Part shown: positions 7,331-16,252 of the stretch, piece after piece
How the letters are laid out: every line of letters starts with the position of its first letter
Position numbering within the stretch: position 1 is the stretch's first letter
Source: Candidatus Heimdallarchaeota archaeon
Lineage (GTDB): Archaea > Asgardarchaeota > Heimdallarchaeia > JABLTI01
Assembly (NCBI GenBank): GCA_019058275.1
Contig: JAHLVW010000039.1
Coordinates: 1 to 16,956, forward strand
Reading direction: 5' to 3'
DNA length: 16,956 nt
Notes under the pieces: model-generated
Database searches by the model: none
What the model saw: only the letters and a program-made list of their open reading frames with translations
Told to the model about the DNA's origin: nothing
Translations under genes and position numbers: made by a program

Positions 7331-7434
7331 TCTTCAATAGTCTTCTTAATAGTACTAGCAAATAAGAAATATCAGTTGTTAGAAAAAGATATATAGTATC
7401 TTTCCATCTACATATAGTAAGGAAAGTTTAAAGC
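7331..7434 (-). CRISPR. Candidate degenerate mini-CRISPR (pseudo-repeat, 36-nt spacer, pseudo-repeat) upstream of cas6
   Basis: Minus 7434-7400 GCTTTAAACTTTCCTTACTATATGTAGATGGAAAG and minus 7363-7331 ATTTGCTAGTACTATTAAGAAGACTATTGAAGA both resemble the array repeat GTTTGAATCGTACTATTGTAGTATTGAAAT. They are separated by 36 nt. Confidence 0.4.
7421..7433 (+). promoter_or_regulatory. Putative archaeal BRE/TATA promoter of the cas operon
   Basis: Purine-rich GGAAAG followed by TTTAAAG about 65 nt upstream of the cas6 TTG. A strong SD (GGGAGG) precedes the start. Confidence 0.35.
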
Positions 7435-7496
7435 ATTAATTCCTAAATGTACAATGAGAAGAATTTTGAGAGAAATAGATTTAGGGAGGAATAGTT

Positions 7497-8255
7497 TTGA
7501 GAGCAATCTTAACATTAAGATGTGAGAACTCATTTTTATATGAAGCTAATGTGTACCACAAACTTCAAGGTTTTATATATTCTTTAATAAGAGATACTGA
7601 ATATTCATCGCTTCATAACAAAAAAGACTATAAATTTATTTCTTTTTCCAATGTTTTTCCACCAAAAAATGCTAAAATGGGTGATAAGAGAACTCTAATA
7701 ATTTCTTCTCCTGAAAATAGATTAATAACAATCATGAAAAATAGTCTAGATGCTTTACAAGGAGAAATCATAAATATCGGTCACATGAGATTCTTCCTTG
7801 AAAGAACCACAATACTCAGACCAACAATTGAAAAGGATTTGTGTTTAATAACAGGAACTCCAGTTATTGTTAGAATCCCCAAAGAGAAATTTTCTGCTTA
7901 TGAATCTCATTGGGATGTGAATTACGATTATATATATTGGCGTTCTAATTATCCATTAGAGTTATTTATAGAACAAATCGAACAGAATTTACGAAAAAAA
8001 TTTCAAAGCTTCTATGGATATGAATTATCTCTAGAAAAAGCATTTGAGAATTTTAATTTTAAAAAGCAAGTATGTAACCACATAACCATTAATGGAAAGG
8101 AAGTAAAGGTTATAGGAACTTTATGGGAAATAATTTTTAAGAACCTTGATAAAAATCAACGGAAATTTGTATCTTTCATGTTGGATTGTGGTATTGGGGA
8201 ATTAAATACACTAGGCTTTGGTTTTTTAAATAAAGTACGGAGTAAATCAAGTTGA
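7497..8255 (+). CDS. cas6: CRISPR-associated endoribonuclease Cas6
   Basis: YHKLQGFIY, FISFS and TPV motifs, C-terminal glycine-rich loop GIGELNTLGFG, first gene of the operon. Confidence 0.95.
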   Translation: MRAILTLRCENSFLYEANVYHKLQGFIYSLIRDTEYSSLHNKKDYKFISFSNVFPPKNAKMGDKRTLIISSPENRLITIMKNSLDALQGEIINIGHMRFFLERTTILRPTIEKDLCLITGTPVIVRIPKEKFSAYESHWDVNYDYIYWRSNYPLELFIEQIEQNLRKKFQSFYGYELSLEKAFENFNFKKQVCNHITINGKEVKVIGTLWEIIFKNLDKNQRKFVSFMLDCGIGELNTLGFGFLNKVRSKSS

Positions 8256-10108
8256 TTGAAAGTGTAAGACATATCGGTGTTTATCTTCGAGAAAAAGATG
8301 AGTTGAATCTGGTTTCTATTTTAACAGAAACATCATCTTTGAAAAATGTTGAAAAGGTTGTATGCTTGATTTTTTCATTGAATGAAAAAGCTATTCTTGA
8401 TAAAATTACTATTGAAGATTTTGACATCAATAAATCTTTGAAATATCTATTCCGTTCTGGAACAACTCGTGGAACAAACATTACACCCATAGCTAAAATC
8501 ACTGATGATATAAGGAAAACACTAGATAACAAAATAATCAATTGGTTTAAAGAAAATCATGATAAAGGCTCTGTCTCCGAGAAAATATGGCGATTTTTTG
8601 ATGGTCTTAGTGAAAAATCAAAAGTTGAATTAGATCAAAAATTAATTTCTGAATGTTCAAAACTCAATACAAAAAAGCAACATTTACTAACAATCAAAAT
8701 TGGTCTCAATAAAAGTAAAGAGAAGTATATTGGAGAAATAAAGGAATTTGAAGAGGTTATGATAGAACGTTCTATAAGAAGGTTTAGCTTTCATAAATCA
8801 AAAGGTGAATCTAAAGGAGATGGTTTTTGCCTTCTTTGTGGTGATGAGAAGAACGTTCTAGGGTTTGCTTCTCCTTTTGCGTTTTATACTCTTGATCAAC
8901 CAGGTTTTGCGTATAATTTTAATCAAAAAGATTCTTGGAAGCAGCTACCAATATGTTTAGAATGCGCTTTGGATATGGATTTAGGCAAACAGTACTTAGA
9001 TGAAAAACTAGTATTTCCCTTCTTTGGTTATCGTTATTACTTTATTCCTAAATTTGTTTTTACTGATATTGATGAGGGAATAATGGAAGATATTGATGAA
9101 TTTTCTTATAGAAATAAACCGAATTATTTAGAAGGTCCTCTGATTGAAGAAGAAAACTGGCAATCAATAATTCAGAAAAAAGGAGATGTCATGCTTTTAG
9201 TTTTCTTGTTCTTTGAAACCCAACAAACAAGAGTCATTATCAAACAATATGTTGAAGATGTTTTACCTTCTTGGTTAAAGACAATTATTGACTCATTTAA
9301 CAATGAAATAAAAGAAAAAACAATTTATCAAGAGGATATAATAAAAGATCTTTTTGGTTCCAAAGCAACCGGGAATTTTAAGCAGTTTCGAGGAAGCAAA
9401 AAAAGAAAGCTAACTATTTGGTCTATGGTTAGAGAATTTTATCCTTCATCTAAAATTGAGGGAATTTATGACAAGTACTTTATTGATATAGTTGGTGATA
9501 TTCTAAAAGGAAAAACAATTAATGAAAGACTACTTGTTAAATCATTCGTTTTTCGAATTAGGAGTATATTTAGAAAAAGAGAGAATTGGAACCTTAATGA
9601 TATTACACTGCAATCTTTACTATTACTATCTATTTTGAAAAAAATAGAATTGATAAAAGGAGAAAAGAATATGGAATATGACAAAATATTGGATAATATG
9701 GATAGTAAAAATGAAAGAGCAAGAAAAGTAAAAGAATTTCTTATTGAACACAAAAATTCATTGAATTCATCCGAGAAAAAAGCCTTGTTTTTACAAGGAG
9801 TTCTTACAAGATTTCTATTAGCGATTCAATATCAAAATCTGAGATCAGAACCTTTTAGAGAAAAGCTCTATGGGATGCAATTAGATAAACGTAAAATCAA
9901 GAAACTATTTCCACAAACAATTGAAAAACTTAGAGAATACAAAGTAAGTTACAAATGGTTAGAAGAAGCTATTGCAAATTATTTGCTCTTATCTGATAAT
10001 AAGGGATGGTCTATAACGAATAACGAAATCAGTTATTATTTTAATCTGGGTTTGACCTTAGGTCAAACATTCAAATCTAAAAAAAAGGAGGAAACTTATG
10101 ATGAGTAA
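8252..10108 (+). CDS. cas8b: Type I-B large subunit Cas8b (Csh1/TM1802-like)
   Basis: 618 aa between cas6 and cas7. CLLCG...FYTLDQPGF...LPICLEC zinc motif, YYFIP, and C-terminal YYFNLG. 4-nt overlap with cas6. Confidence 0.9.
   Translation: MIESVRHIGVYLREKDELNLVSILTETSSLKNVEKVVCLIFSLNEKAILDKITIEDFDINKSLKYLFRSGTTRGTNITPIAKITDDIRKTLDNKIINWFKENHDKGSVSEKIWRFFDGLSEKSKVELDQKLISECSKLNTKKQHLLTIKIGLNKSKEKYIGEIKEFEEVMIERSIRRFSFHKSKGESKGDGFCLLCGDEKNVLGFASPFAFYTLDQPGFAYNFNQKDSWKQLPICLECALDMDLGKQYLDEKLVFPFFGYRYYFIPKFVFTDIDEGIMEDIDEFSYRNKPNYLEGPLIEEENWQSIIQKKGDVMLLVFLFFETQQTRVIIKQYVEDVLPSWLKTIIDSFNNEIKEKTIYQEDIIKDLFGSKATGNFKQFRGSKKRKLTIWSMVREFYPSSKIEGIYDKYFIDIVGDILKGKTINERLLVKSFVFRIRSIFRKRENWNLNDITLQSLLLLSILKKIELIKGEKNMEYDKILDNMDSKNERARKVKEFLIEHKNSLNSSEKKALFLQGVLTRFLLAIQYQNLRSEPFREKLYGMQLDKRKIKKLFPQTIEKLREYKVSYKWLEEAIANYLLLSDNKGWSITNNEISYYFNLGLTLGQTFKSKKKEETYDE
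9671..10108 (+). CDS. cas11: Putative internally translated small subunit Cas11 (145 aa), in frame within cas8b
   Basis: In-frame ATG at 9671 preceded by AAAGGAG. The downstream part (FLQGVL...Q...YYFNLG) is the Cas11-like helical domain. Confidence 0.65.
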   Translation: MEYDKILDNMDSKNERARKVKEFLIEHKNSLNSSEKKALFLQGVLTRFLLAIQYQNLRSEPFREKLYGMQLDKRKIKKLFPQTIEKLREYKVSYKWLEEAIANYLLLSDNKGWSITNNEISYYFNLGLTLGQTFKSKKKEETYDE

Positions 10109-11099
10109 ATTATTAGAAAAAAGATCAGAATTAGTGTTTTTATATGATATTAGGGATGGAAACCCTAATGGCGATCCTATGGATGAGAATAAACCTAGGA
10201 TAGATGAAGAATCAGGAATTAATATTGTAACAGATGTTCGGTTAAAAAGAACAATTCGTGATTACTTATATGATTCCTTAGGAGAAGAAATCCTCATACG
10301 AACAATACAACTAAAAGACAGCTTAGCTATCCAAGATGGCAAAACTCGTGCACTAGATTTTTGTGATACTAGTAAAAAAACTTTCCAAGAACAACTCAAG
10401 AGCATTGAAAATAATGTACTTGAACAATGTATAGATGTAAGGCTTTTTGGAGTAACATTACCTATTGAATTAAAAGATGGTTCTAAGAAAAAAACAACCT
10501 CCTTTAAAAGAACTGGTCCAGTTCAGTTCAATATGGGTCGTTCTCTACACCAAGTTGAAATAAAACATATTAAAGGAACTGGAGCATTTGCTTCAAAAGC
10601 AGGCGAAGGAGTAGAACGAGAACAACAAACATTTCGAGACGAATACATCCTTCATTATAGTTTGATCTCTTTCCATGGATTAATTAACGAAAATACTGCA
10701 CAACATACCAGTCTTTCAGAGAATGATGTTCAATTACTTCTTGAAGGAATATGGAATGGAACTAAAGGGTTAATCTCTCGCTCAAAAATGGGCCAAATGC
10801 CACGATTATTGTTAAGAGTGGAATACAATACTAAAAATTTTCATATCGGTGATTTAGACAAAGGAATAAAACTTACTTCAGACCTTGAAGAAGTCTCTAT
10901 TCGTAGTCCAACTGATTATTTCTTAGATGTTGATAAATTATTGCAAAATATAACAGCTCATAAAGATAAAATTGATAACATTTTTATCAAATTTGATGCT
11001 GATATTAATTTTCGAAAAGCTGGAAAAATAATCTCATTACATGAAGCTATTAAATTAGCAATAGGAAAAGAAGTAATTGAAATTAATTTCAAAAAATAA
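10098..11099 (+). CDS. cas7: Type I-B backbone protein Cas7 (Csh2)
   Basis: RSELVFLYD..DGNPNGDP..EN.PR, VTDVRLKRTIRDYL, DVRLFG, TGPVQF and SRSK motifs. AAGGAGG SD. Confidence 0.95.
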   Translation: MMSKLLEKRSELVFLYDIRDGNPNGDPMDENKPRIDEESGINIVTDVRLKRTIRDYLYDSLGEEILIRTIQLKDSLAIQDGKTRALDFCDTSKKTFQEQLKSIENNVLEQCIDVRLFGVTLPIELKDGSKKKTTSFKRTGPVQFNMGRSLHQVEIKHIKGTGAFASKAGEGVEREQQTFRDEYILHYSLISFHGLINENTAQHTSLSENDVQLLLEGIWNGTKGLISRSKMGQMPRLLLRVEYNTKNFHIGDLDKGIKLTSDLEEVSIRSPTDYFLDVDKLLQNITAHKDKIDNIFIKFDADINFRKAGKIISLHEAIKLAIGKEVIEINFKK

Positions 11100-11101
11100 T
11101 T

Positions 11102-11848
11102 GTGTTGGTTTCGGTGACGTCTTTGAACATTGATAAAGTACTTACATTCACATTATGGGGTGATTGGGCTCACTATCGGAGAGTCTATACTACTACATCT
11201 TCACTCACATACCCATTTCCAACAAGGACTGCTTTATCCGGTTTAATTGCAGGAATACTTGGTTTAGAAAGAGATACTTACCATGAAATATTTTCAAAAG
11301 AGACAAGTGCATTTGCATTAAATATTCTTAATCCTGTCAAAACCTTGCAAATAAATTTCAACTTAATACGAACAAAACTCGGTTTTATATTAAGAGACAT
11401 TAAAGAAGAAGGAAAAAGGTCACAAATACCAATAGAATTCATTAAGGAACCAAAATGGAAAATCTACATTTGGTTAGAAGATAAAAGTCACTACCAAGTA
11501 CTAAAAAGACACTTACGAGAGCACACTTCCATATACACACCATGTTTAGGATTAAGTGAGCTAATTGCTAATTATCATTATGAAGGAGAAAAAACTGTAA
11601 GTCACCCTTATATTGTGAAAAAGGGTGAAACAGCTCAAATAGATGCTATCGTTAAAAAAACATCTGAAACATCAATCAAAGTGGAAAAGGGTAAGAAGTA
11701 TGGTCATGTTAAAGTTCCTGGATTCATGAATAGTGAACGTATAGTTACAAAATACCTAGAATTGTTCTATGAACAACAAGGCAAACCAATAACCATATCT
11801 AGAGGAGTCTATTACAGGATAGGAAAAGAAAATGTCATCTTCTTCTAA
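11102..11848 (+). CDS. cas5: Type I-B Cas5
   Basis: F.LWGDWAHYRR.....SLTYPFPTRTALSGLIAGILG and YTPCLGLSE motifs. The true start may be a few codons downstream. Confidence 0.95.
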   Translation: MLVSVTSLNIDKVLTFTLWGDWAHYRRVYTTTSSLTYPFPTRTALSGLIAGILGLERDTYHEIFSKETSAFALNILNPVKTLQINFNLIRTKLGFILRDIKEEGKRSQIPIEFIKEPKWKIYIWLEDKSHYQVLKRHLREHTSIYTPCLGLSELIANYHYEGEKTVSHPYIVKKGETAQIDAIVKKTSETSIKVEKGKKYGHVKVPGFMNSERIVTKYLELFYEQQGKPITISRGVYYRIGKENVIFF

Positions 11849-14360
11849 CCTATTATCTCATCCAGAGATTCTACTGAAAGACCATTTAGAAACTGTTGGG
11901 AATATTGCAAAAGAAACAATGGCATCAAAGAAACTTGAAAATAGCGAGCTTTATACTAAGATTGCTTACTTTATTGGGATTTCACATGATTTTGCAAAAG
12001 CAACAACATTCTTTCAAGAGCTATTAAAACAAAAGAAACGCACAAGAAAAGCAAATCATAGTTTTTTGTCAGCTATTTTTGGTTATTATATTGTAGAGAA
12101 ATACTTGGAAAAAATAGAGAAGCTAGAAGACAATGAATTCTTGCCACTAATTGCTTTTATTGTTATCAGAAGCCATCATGGAAATCTTCCAAATTTGCAT
12201 GGAGAAAACAGTTTGTATAATAAATTTCTGCAAAAAGAGTTTGATACCAAGGAACTGAGAGAACAATTAGAAAATACTAATCAGCAAGAAGTAATTGACA
12301 TTTATGACCATTTATTGAAAAGCGAATCAAATCTAAATAGCAAGCTGTTAATAAATGACTTTTATAATGAAATGATGAATTCAAGAAATTCAGATGAACC
12401 AGAAATCATTACCAAGATTATTGCTTTGCTAAAAAAGATTAGTCGGAAAAAAGATCTAGCTAATTATTTCATGATAATGCTGCATTATTCTGTACTAATT
12501 GATGCAGATAAAATCACTGCATCAGGAACAGAAATTCCTGAAAGAATCGAGAACATACCAAAAATGATTGTTGAGCACTACAAACAAACTAAATTTGGAA
12601 AACCAAAATTAGAAATTAACATCATACGAGAACAAGCTTTTTGTGAAGCGCTTAAATCAGCAACTAGTCTTGACTTGCATGAAAATAAGAGAATTCTCAC
12701 ATTAACACTACCAACAGGTTGTGGGAAAACGTTAACAGGATTAGCAAGTGCATTATTACTAAGAGATAGAATTAAAGAAACTAAGAAATTAGATTTCGTT
12801 CCAAAAATCATCTATTCATTACCTTTCTTAAGCATAATAGATCAAAACAGTCGAGTGTTTGATGAAATCTTAAATCTAGAGATGCCCAAAATTTCCAAAG
12901 AAGAAACAATACCATCTAATCTTATGTTAAAACACCATCATTTAGCAGAAATAGCTTACTTTGCAAAAACATTTGATGAAATTATTGAATTACCAATAAG
13001 CCAATCTTTACTTCTCACAGAAAGCTGGCATTCAGAAATAGTAATAACAACATTCGTGCAGTTCTTTCATAGTTTAATATCTTATAGGAATAGAACATCA
13101 AGAAAATTTCACAATATAACTAATTCTGTGATAATATTAGATGAAATACAATCAATACCACATAAGTACTGGTTGATTATTAAAGAAATGTTAGAATTTC
13201 TTGCAGAAAATTTTAACTGTTTGATAATTCTAATGACTCCAACAAACCCTTTAATTTTTAAAACTGAAGAAACAGTAAAATTAATTCGACAACCTGAAGA
13301 GTATTTTAAGAAATTCGATAGAATAAAAATTAACTATAATCATGAACCTTTGAAATTTAATGACTTTAAAGGGCAACTACTTGAGGAAATATTAGCAACA
13401 GATAACGATATAATGGTTATTTTAAATACAATCAATACATGCAAAGAATTATACCAATTTATACGAGATGAACTTGAACAAGAAAGAACAGAGACTTATA
13501 TGGATAATTTTGGGATTTGGATTAGTGAAAAGGAAGAATTGTATTGTCTTTCAACACACATTATTCCAAAACATAGACTAGAGAAAATAAGAAAAATTGC
13601 TGGAATCGATGACAAAAAGAAGAAAAGAAGAATAATTATCACAACACAATTGGTAGAAGCAGGAGTGGATGTTTCAGTAGATAAAATTTATCGAGATTTT
13701 GCTCCCTTAGATTGCATAATTCAAGCTGCTGGAAGATGCAATAGAAATAATAGAGATCAAAAGGGGTTAGTAGAGATAATTCGTTTACAAACAGACAATA
13801 AAAAAGAATTTTGTGACTATATTTATGATAGAACCTTAACTGCTGCAACCGATGAAATATTGAGAGAAGCATTTGAAAAAAATAATTGGAATATAATTTC
13901 TGAACATGAATTCATATTTTCGACCAATAATTCATATTTTGATACGATAAATAATCGAAAATCAGATCAAAAATCGAGAGAATTATATGAAAAGGTAGCT
14001 AAATTGAGATTTAAAGATCTATCTGCATTTCAACTCATCGAAGATAGAGGGACTATTCCAATTTATATAGAAGTAAATCCTATTTCTAAAGAAATAAGAG
14101 AACGTTTTGAAGAAGAACTAGAAGATGCAAAAGGTTATGGAAAACGTGCTGTAAGAGTGAAGTATAAGGAAAAAATCAATGACTATACAACCTCAGCATT
14201 CATCAGAAAAAAGGATGTTAATTTGTTCAAAACTTTACCTGAAGTTGCTTCTAACTCTTATATGTTATATGTACCACAAGAAAACTTGGATGAATGGTAT
14301 ACATTAGATATTGGTTTATGGTTACAATTGGATTCTAGCATTAATATGAGAATGCTCTAA
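11832..14360 (+). CDS. cas3: Cas3 HD nuclease-helicase fusion
   Basis: HD domain (HL, HDFAK, HHG, DAD), Walker A LPTGCGKT, DEIQ, TQLVEAGVD and QAAGRCNR. Motif III reads MTPT. Confidence 0.95.
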   Translation: MSSSSNLLSHPEILLKDHLETVGNIAKETMASKKLENSELYTKIAYFIGISHDFAKATTFFQELLKQKKRTRKANHSFLSAIFGYYIVEKYLEKIEKLEDNEFLPLIAFIVIRSHHGNLPNLHGENSLYNKFLQKEFDTKELREQLENTNQQEVIDIYDHLLKSESNLNSKLLINDFYNEMMNSRNSDEPEIITKIIALLKKISRKKDLANYFMIMLHYSVLIDADKITASGTEIPERIENIPKMIVEHYKQTKFGKPKLEINIIREQAFCEALKSATSLDLHENKRILTLTLPTGCGKTLTGLASALLLRDRIKETKKLDFVPKIIYSLPFLSIIDQNSRVFDEILNLEMPKISKEETIPSNLMLKHHHLAEIAYFAKTFDEIIELPISQSLLLTESWHSEIVITTFVQFFHSLISYRNRTSRKFHNITNSVIILDEIQSIPHKYWLIIKEMLEFLAENFNCLIILMTPTNPLIFKTEETVKLIRQPEEYFKKFDRIKINYNHEPLKFNDFKGQLLEEILATDNDIMVILNTINTCKELYQFIRDELEQERTETYMDNFGIWISEKEELYCLSTHIIPKHRLEKIRKIAGIDDKKKKRRIIITTQLVEAGVDVSVDKIYRDFAPLDCIIQAAGRCNRNNRDQKGLVEIIRLQTDNKKEFCDYIYDRTLTAATDEILREAFEKNNWNIISEHEFIFSTNNSYFDTINNRKSDQKSRELYEKVAKLRFKDLSAFQLIEDRGTIPIYIEVNPISKEIRERFEEELEDAKGYGKRAVRVKYKEKINDYTTSAFIRKKDVNLFKTLPEVASNSYMLYVPQENLDEWYTLDIGLWLQLDSSINMRML

Positions 14361-14382
14361 AAAAAATAATTCTTAGAGGAAA

Positions 14383-14883
14383 ATGACTGTGAAAATAACA
14401 GGAGTTATGGTTCAATATTATGTTACATGTAAAAGAGAGTTATGGTTTTTTGCTAATGGTATTAATTTAAACTATGAAGATGAGAATATTTTACTTGGTA
14501 GATTACTACAAGAAAAGAGTTATGCAAAAGAAAACAAAGAAGTTCTTATTGATAATACCATTAACATTGATTTTGTAAAAAAAGGCAGGGAAATAATTAT
14601 TCATGAAATAAAAAAGTCAAGCAAACTACCTTTTGCTGTGAAGGCTCAAACTCTATACTATTTATGGTATCTAAAGAAAAATAAAAACATTAATGCAAAA
14701 GGAGTAATTGTGTACCCAAATGAAAAGAAGAGAGATGATGTAGTATTAGAACCACAAGATGAACAATACATAAAGAAAATTACTGAATCAATACCTGTAA
14801 TCGTTAATGCACAAAAACCTCCTGAAGCAATTAAAAAACCATATTGTAAAAAATGCAGTTATTTTGAATTTTGTTGGTGTTAA
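14383..14883 (+). CDS. cas4: Cas4 exonuclease
   Basis: ITG..VQYY..CKRELW, ID, HEIKKS and C-terminal CKKCSYFEFC Fe-S cysteines. Confidence 0.95.
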   Translation: MTVKITGVMVQYYVTCKRELWFFANGINLNYEDENILLGRLLQEKSYAKENKEVLIDNTINIDFVKKGREIIIHEIKKSSKLPFAVKAQTLYYLWYLKKNKNINAKGVIVYPNEKKRDDVVLEPQDEQYIKKITESIPVIVNAQKPPEAIKKPYCKKCSYFEFCWC

Positions 14884-14885
14884 AA

Positions 14886-15875
14886 GTGAAAGAAGATTAT
14901 TACATTATCCGGAGTGGAGACCTTGTTAGAAAAGGAAATACTATCTATTTTAAGACAGAGGATGAAAAGAGAGCATTACCAGTAGAAAACATTAATGCTC
15001 TGTATATATTCGGGGAAGTAACCATGAATAAAAGGTTCCTTGAATTCATAAATAAGAAAAAAATTCCAATGCATTTCTTTAACCATTATGATTTTTATGT
15101 TGGGACTTTCTTTCCAAGAGAATACTTGAATTCTGGATTGTTAATTGTAAAACAAGTTCAACATTTCTTGGATGAAGAAAAAAGGATGTTTCTTGCAAAA
15201 GAGATATTAAATGGAGCAAAACACAATATGCTTTCTGTTTTGAAATACTATCTAAGAAGAGGAAAAGAAGTGAAGAATTTTATTATAGAAATTGAAAACT
15301 ACTCTAAGAACTTCGATAATATGAATGATATTTCCTCATTAATGGGCTTAGAAGGAAACATAAGAAAAACCTATTATCAGTCTTTCAATAAAATATTGAG
15401 AGAAGGTTTTGCCTTTGAAGAGAGGGTAAAAAGACCACCAGATAATATGATAAATTGCTTAATATCTTTTGGAAATTCCCTTTTATATAGAACAGTATTG
15501 ACAGAACTATATCATACATATTTGAATCCAACAATAAGTTATCTTCATAAACCATCCGAAAGAAGATTTAGTTTATGCTTAGATATAGCAGAAATATATA
15601 AGCCAATAATTGTGGATCCAGTAATCTTTTCATTGGTAAATAAACAAAAAATAAATGAGAATTATTTTGATAAGAAACTCAAATACTGCTATTTAAACGA
15701 AAAAGGAAGAACATTATTTCTAAGGGAGTATGATCAAAAATTGCATACAACAATTAATTATGAAAAACTAAAAAGAAAAGTATCCTATAAAAGATTAATA
15801 CGTTTAGAATGCTATCGATTAGTAAAACATCTTATTGAAGATAAAAAATACTGTAGCTACAAGAAAAGTTGGTGA
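14886..15875 (+). CDS. cas1: Type I-B Cas1 integrase
   Basis: LMGLEG, RPP.NMIN.LISFGN, SYLH.P..RRFSL.LDIAEIYKP. GTG 14886, just after the cas4 stop, is preferred over TTG 14871. Confidence 0.95.
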   Translation: MKEDYYIIRSGDLVRKGNTIYFKTEDEKRALPVENINALYIFGEVTMNKRFLEFINKKKIPMHFFNHYDFYVGTFFPREYLNSGLLIVKQVQHFLDEEKRMFLAKEILNGAKHNMLSVLKYYLRRGKEVKNFIIEIENYSKNFDNMNDISSLMGLEGNIRKTYYQSFNKILREGFAFEERVKRPPDNMINCLISFGNSLLYRTVLTELYHTYLNPTISYLHKPSERRFSLCLDIAEIYKPIIVDPVIFSLVNKQKINENYFDKKLKYCYLNEKGRTLFLREYDQKLHTTINYEKLKRKVSYKRLIRLECYRLVKHLIEDKKYCSYKKSW

Positions 15876-15877
15876 AT

Positions 15878-16141
15878 ATGTATCTGATCATCGTATATGA
15901 CATTGCCACAGAAAGAGTAAATAAAGTACATACTTTCCTAAAGCGATATCTTAATTGGGTGCAAAATTCTGTTTTTGAAGGTGAAATAACTGAAAGTCAA
16001 TATAAAATCATTATAACTAGTATAAAAGCAATTGTAGAAGAAGCCAAAGATTCTATAATTATATATAGAATTAAAAGTAATAAATTTGTTGACAAAGTTC
16101 TAATTGGATTAGAAAAGGGCAAAGATGACCGTTTTATTTAA
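15878..16141 (+). CDS. cas2: Cas2
   Basis: MYLIIVYDI and YLNWVQNSVFEG motifs. ATG 15878 follows GGTGA and the cas1 stop. Confidence 0.95.
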   Translation: MYLIIVYDIATERVNKVHTFLKRYLNWVQNSVFEGEITESQYKIIITSIKAIVEEAKDSIIIYRIKSNKFVDKVLIGLEKGKDDRFI

Positions 16142-16252
16142 ATTATGTCGATGTTTATAAAGTATAGTGTCTATTGCAGGTCGACTGGATGATAGTTCTA
16201 AAAGAAGGTAGAAGAATGCTTGAAATAGGCAAAAACGACCGCTATAATACGT
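16142..16252 (+). promoter_or_regulatory. CRISPR leader
   Basis: Non-coding 111 bp between cas2 and repeat 1. TATA-like TTTATAAA at 16154-16161, flanked by inverted GTCGA (16147-16151) and TCGAC (16181-16185). Confidence 0.75.

Noticed and set aside
9087-9101. 15-nt match between spacer 2 (positions 4-18) and cas8b
   Set aside because: Seed positions 1-3 and the distal half mismatch. It is explained by common codons for D-I-D-E.
8281-13872. Minus-strand ORFs 8281-8541, 9466-9753, 12578-12811 and 13639-13872
   Set aside because: Antisense shadows within cas8b and cas3.
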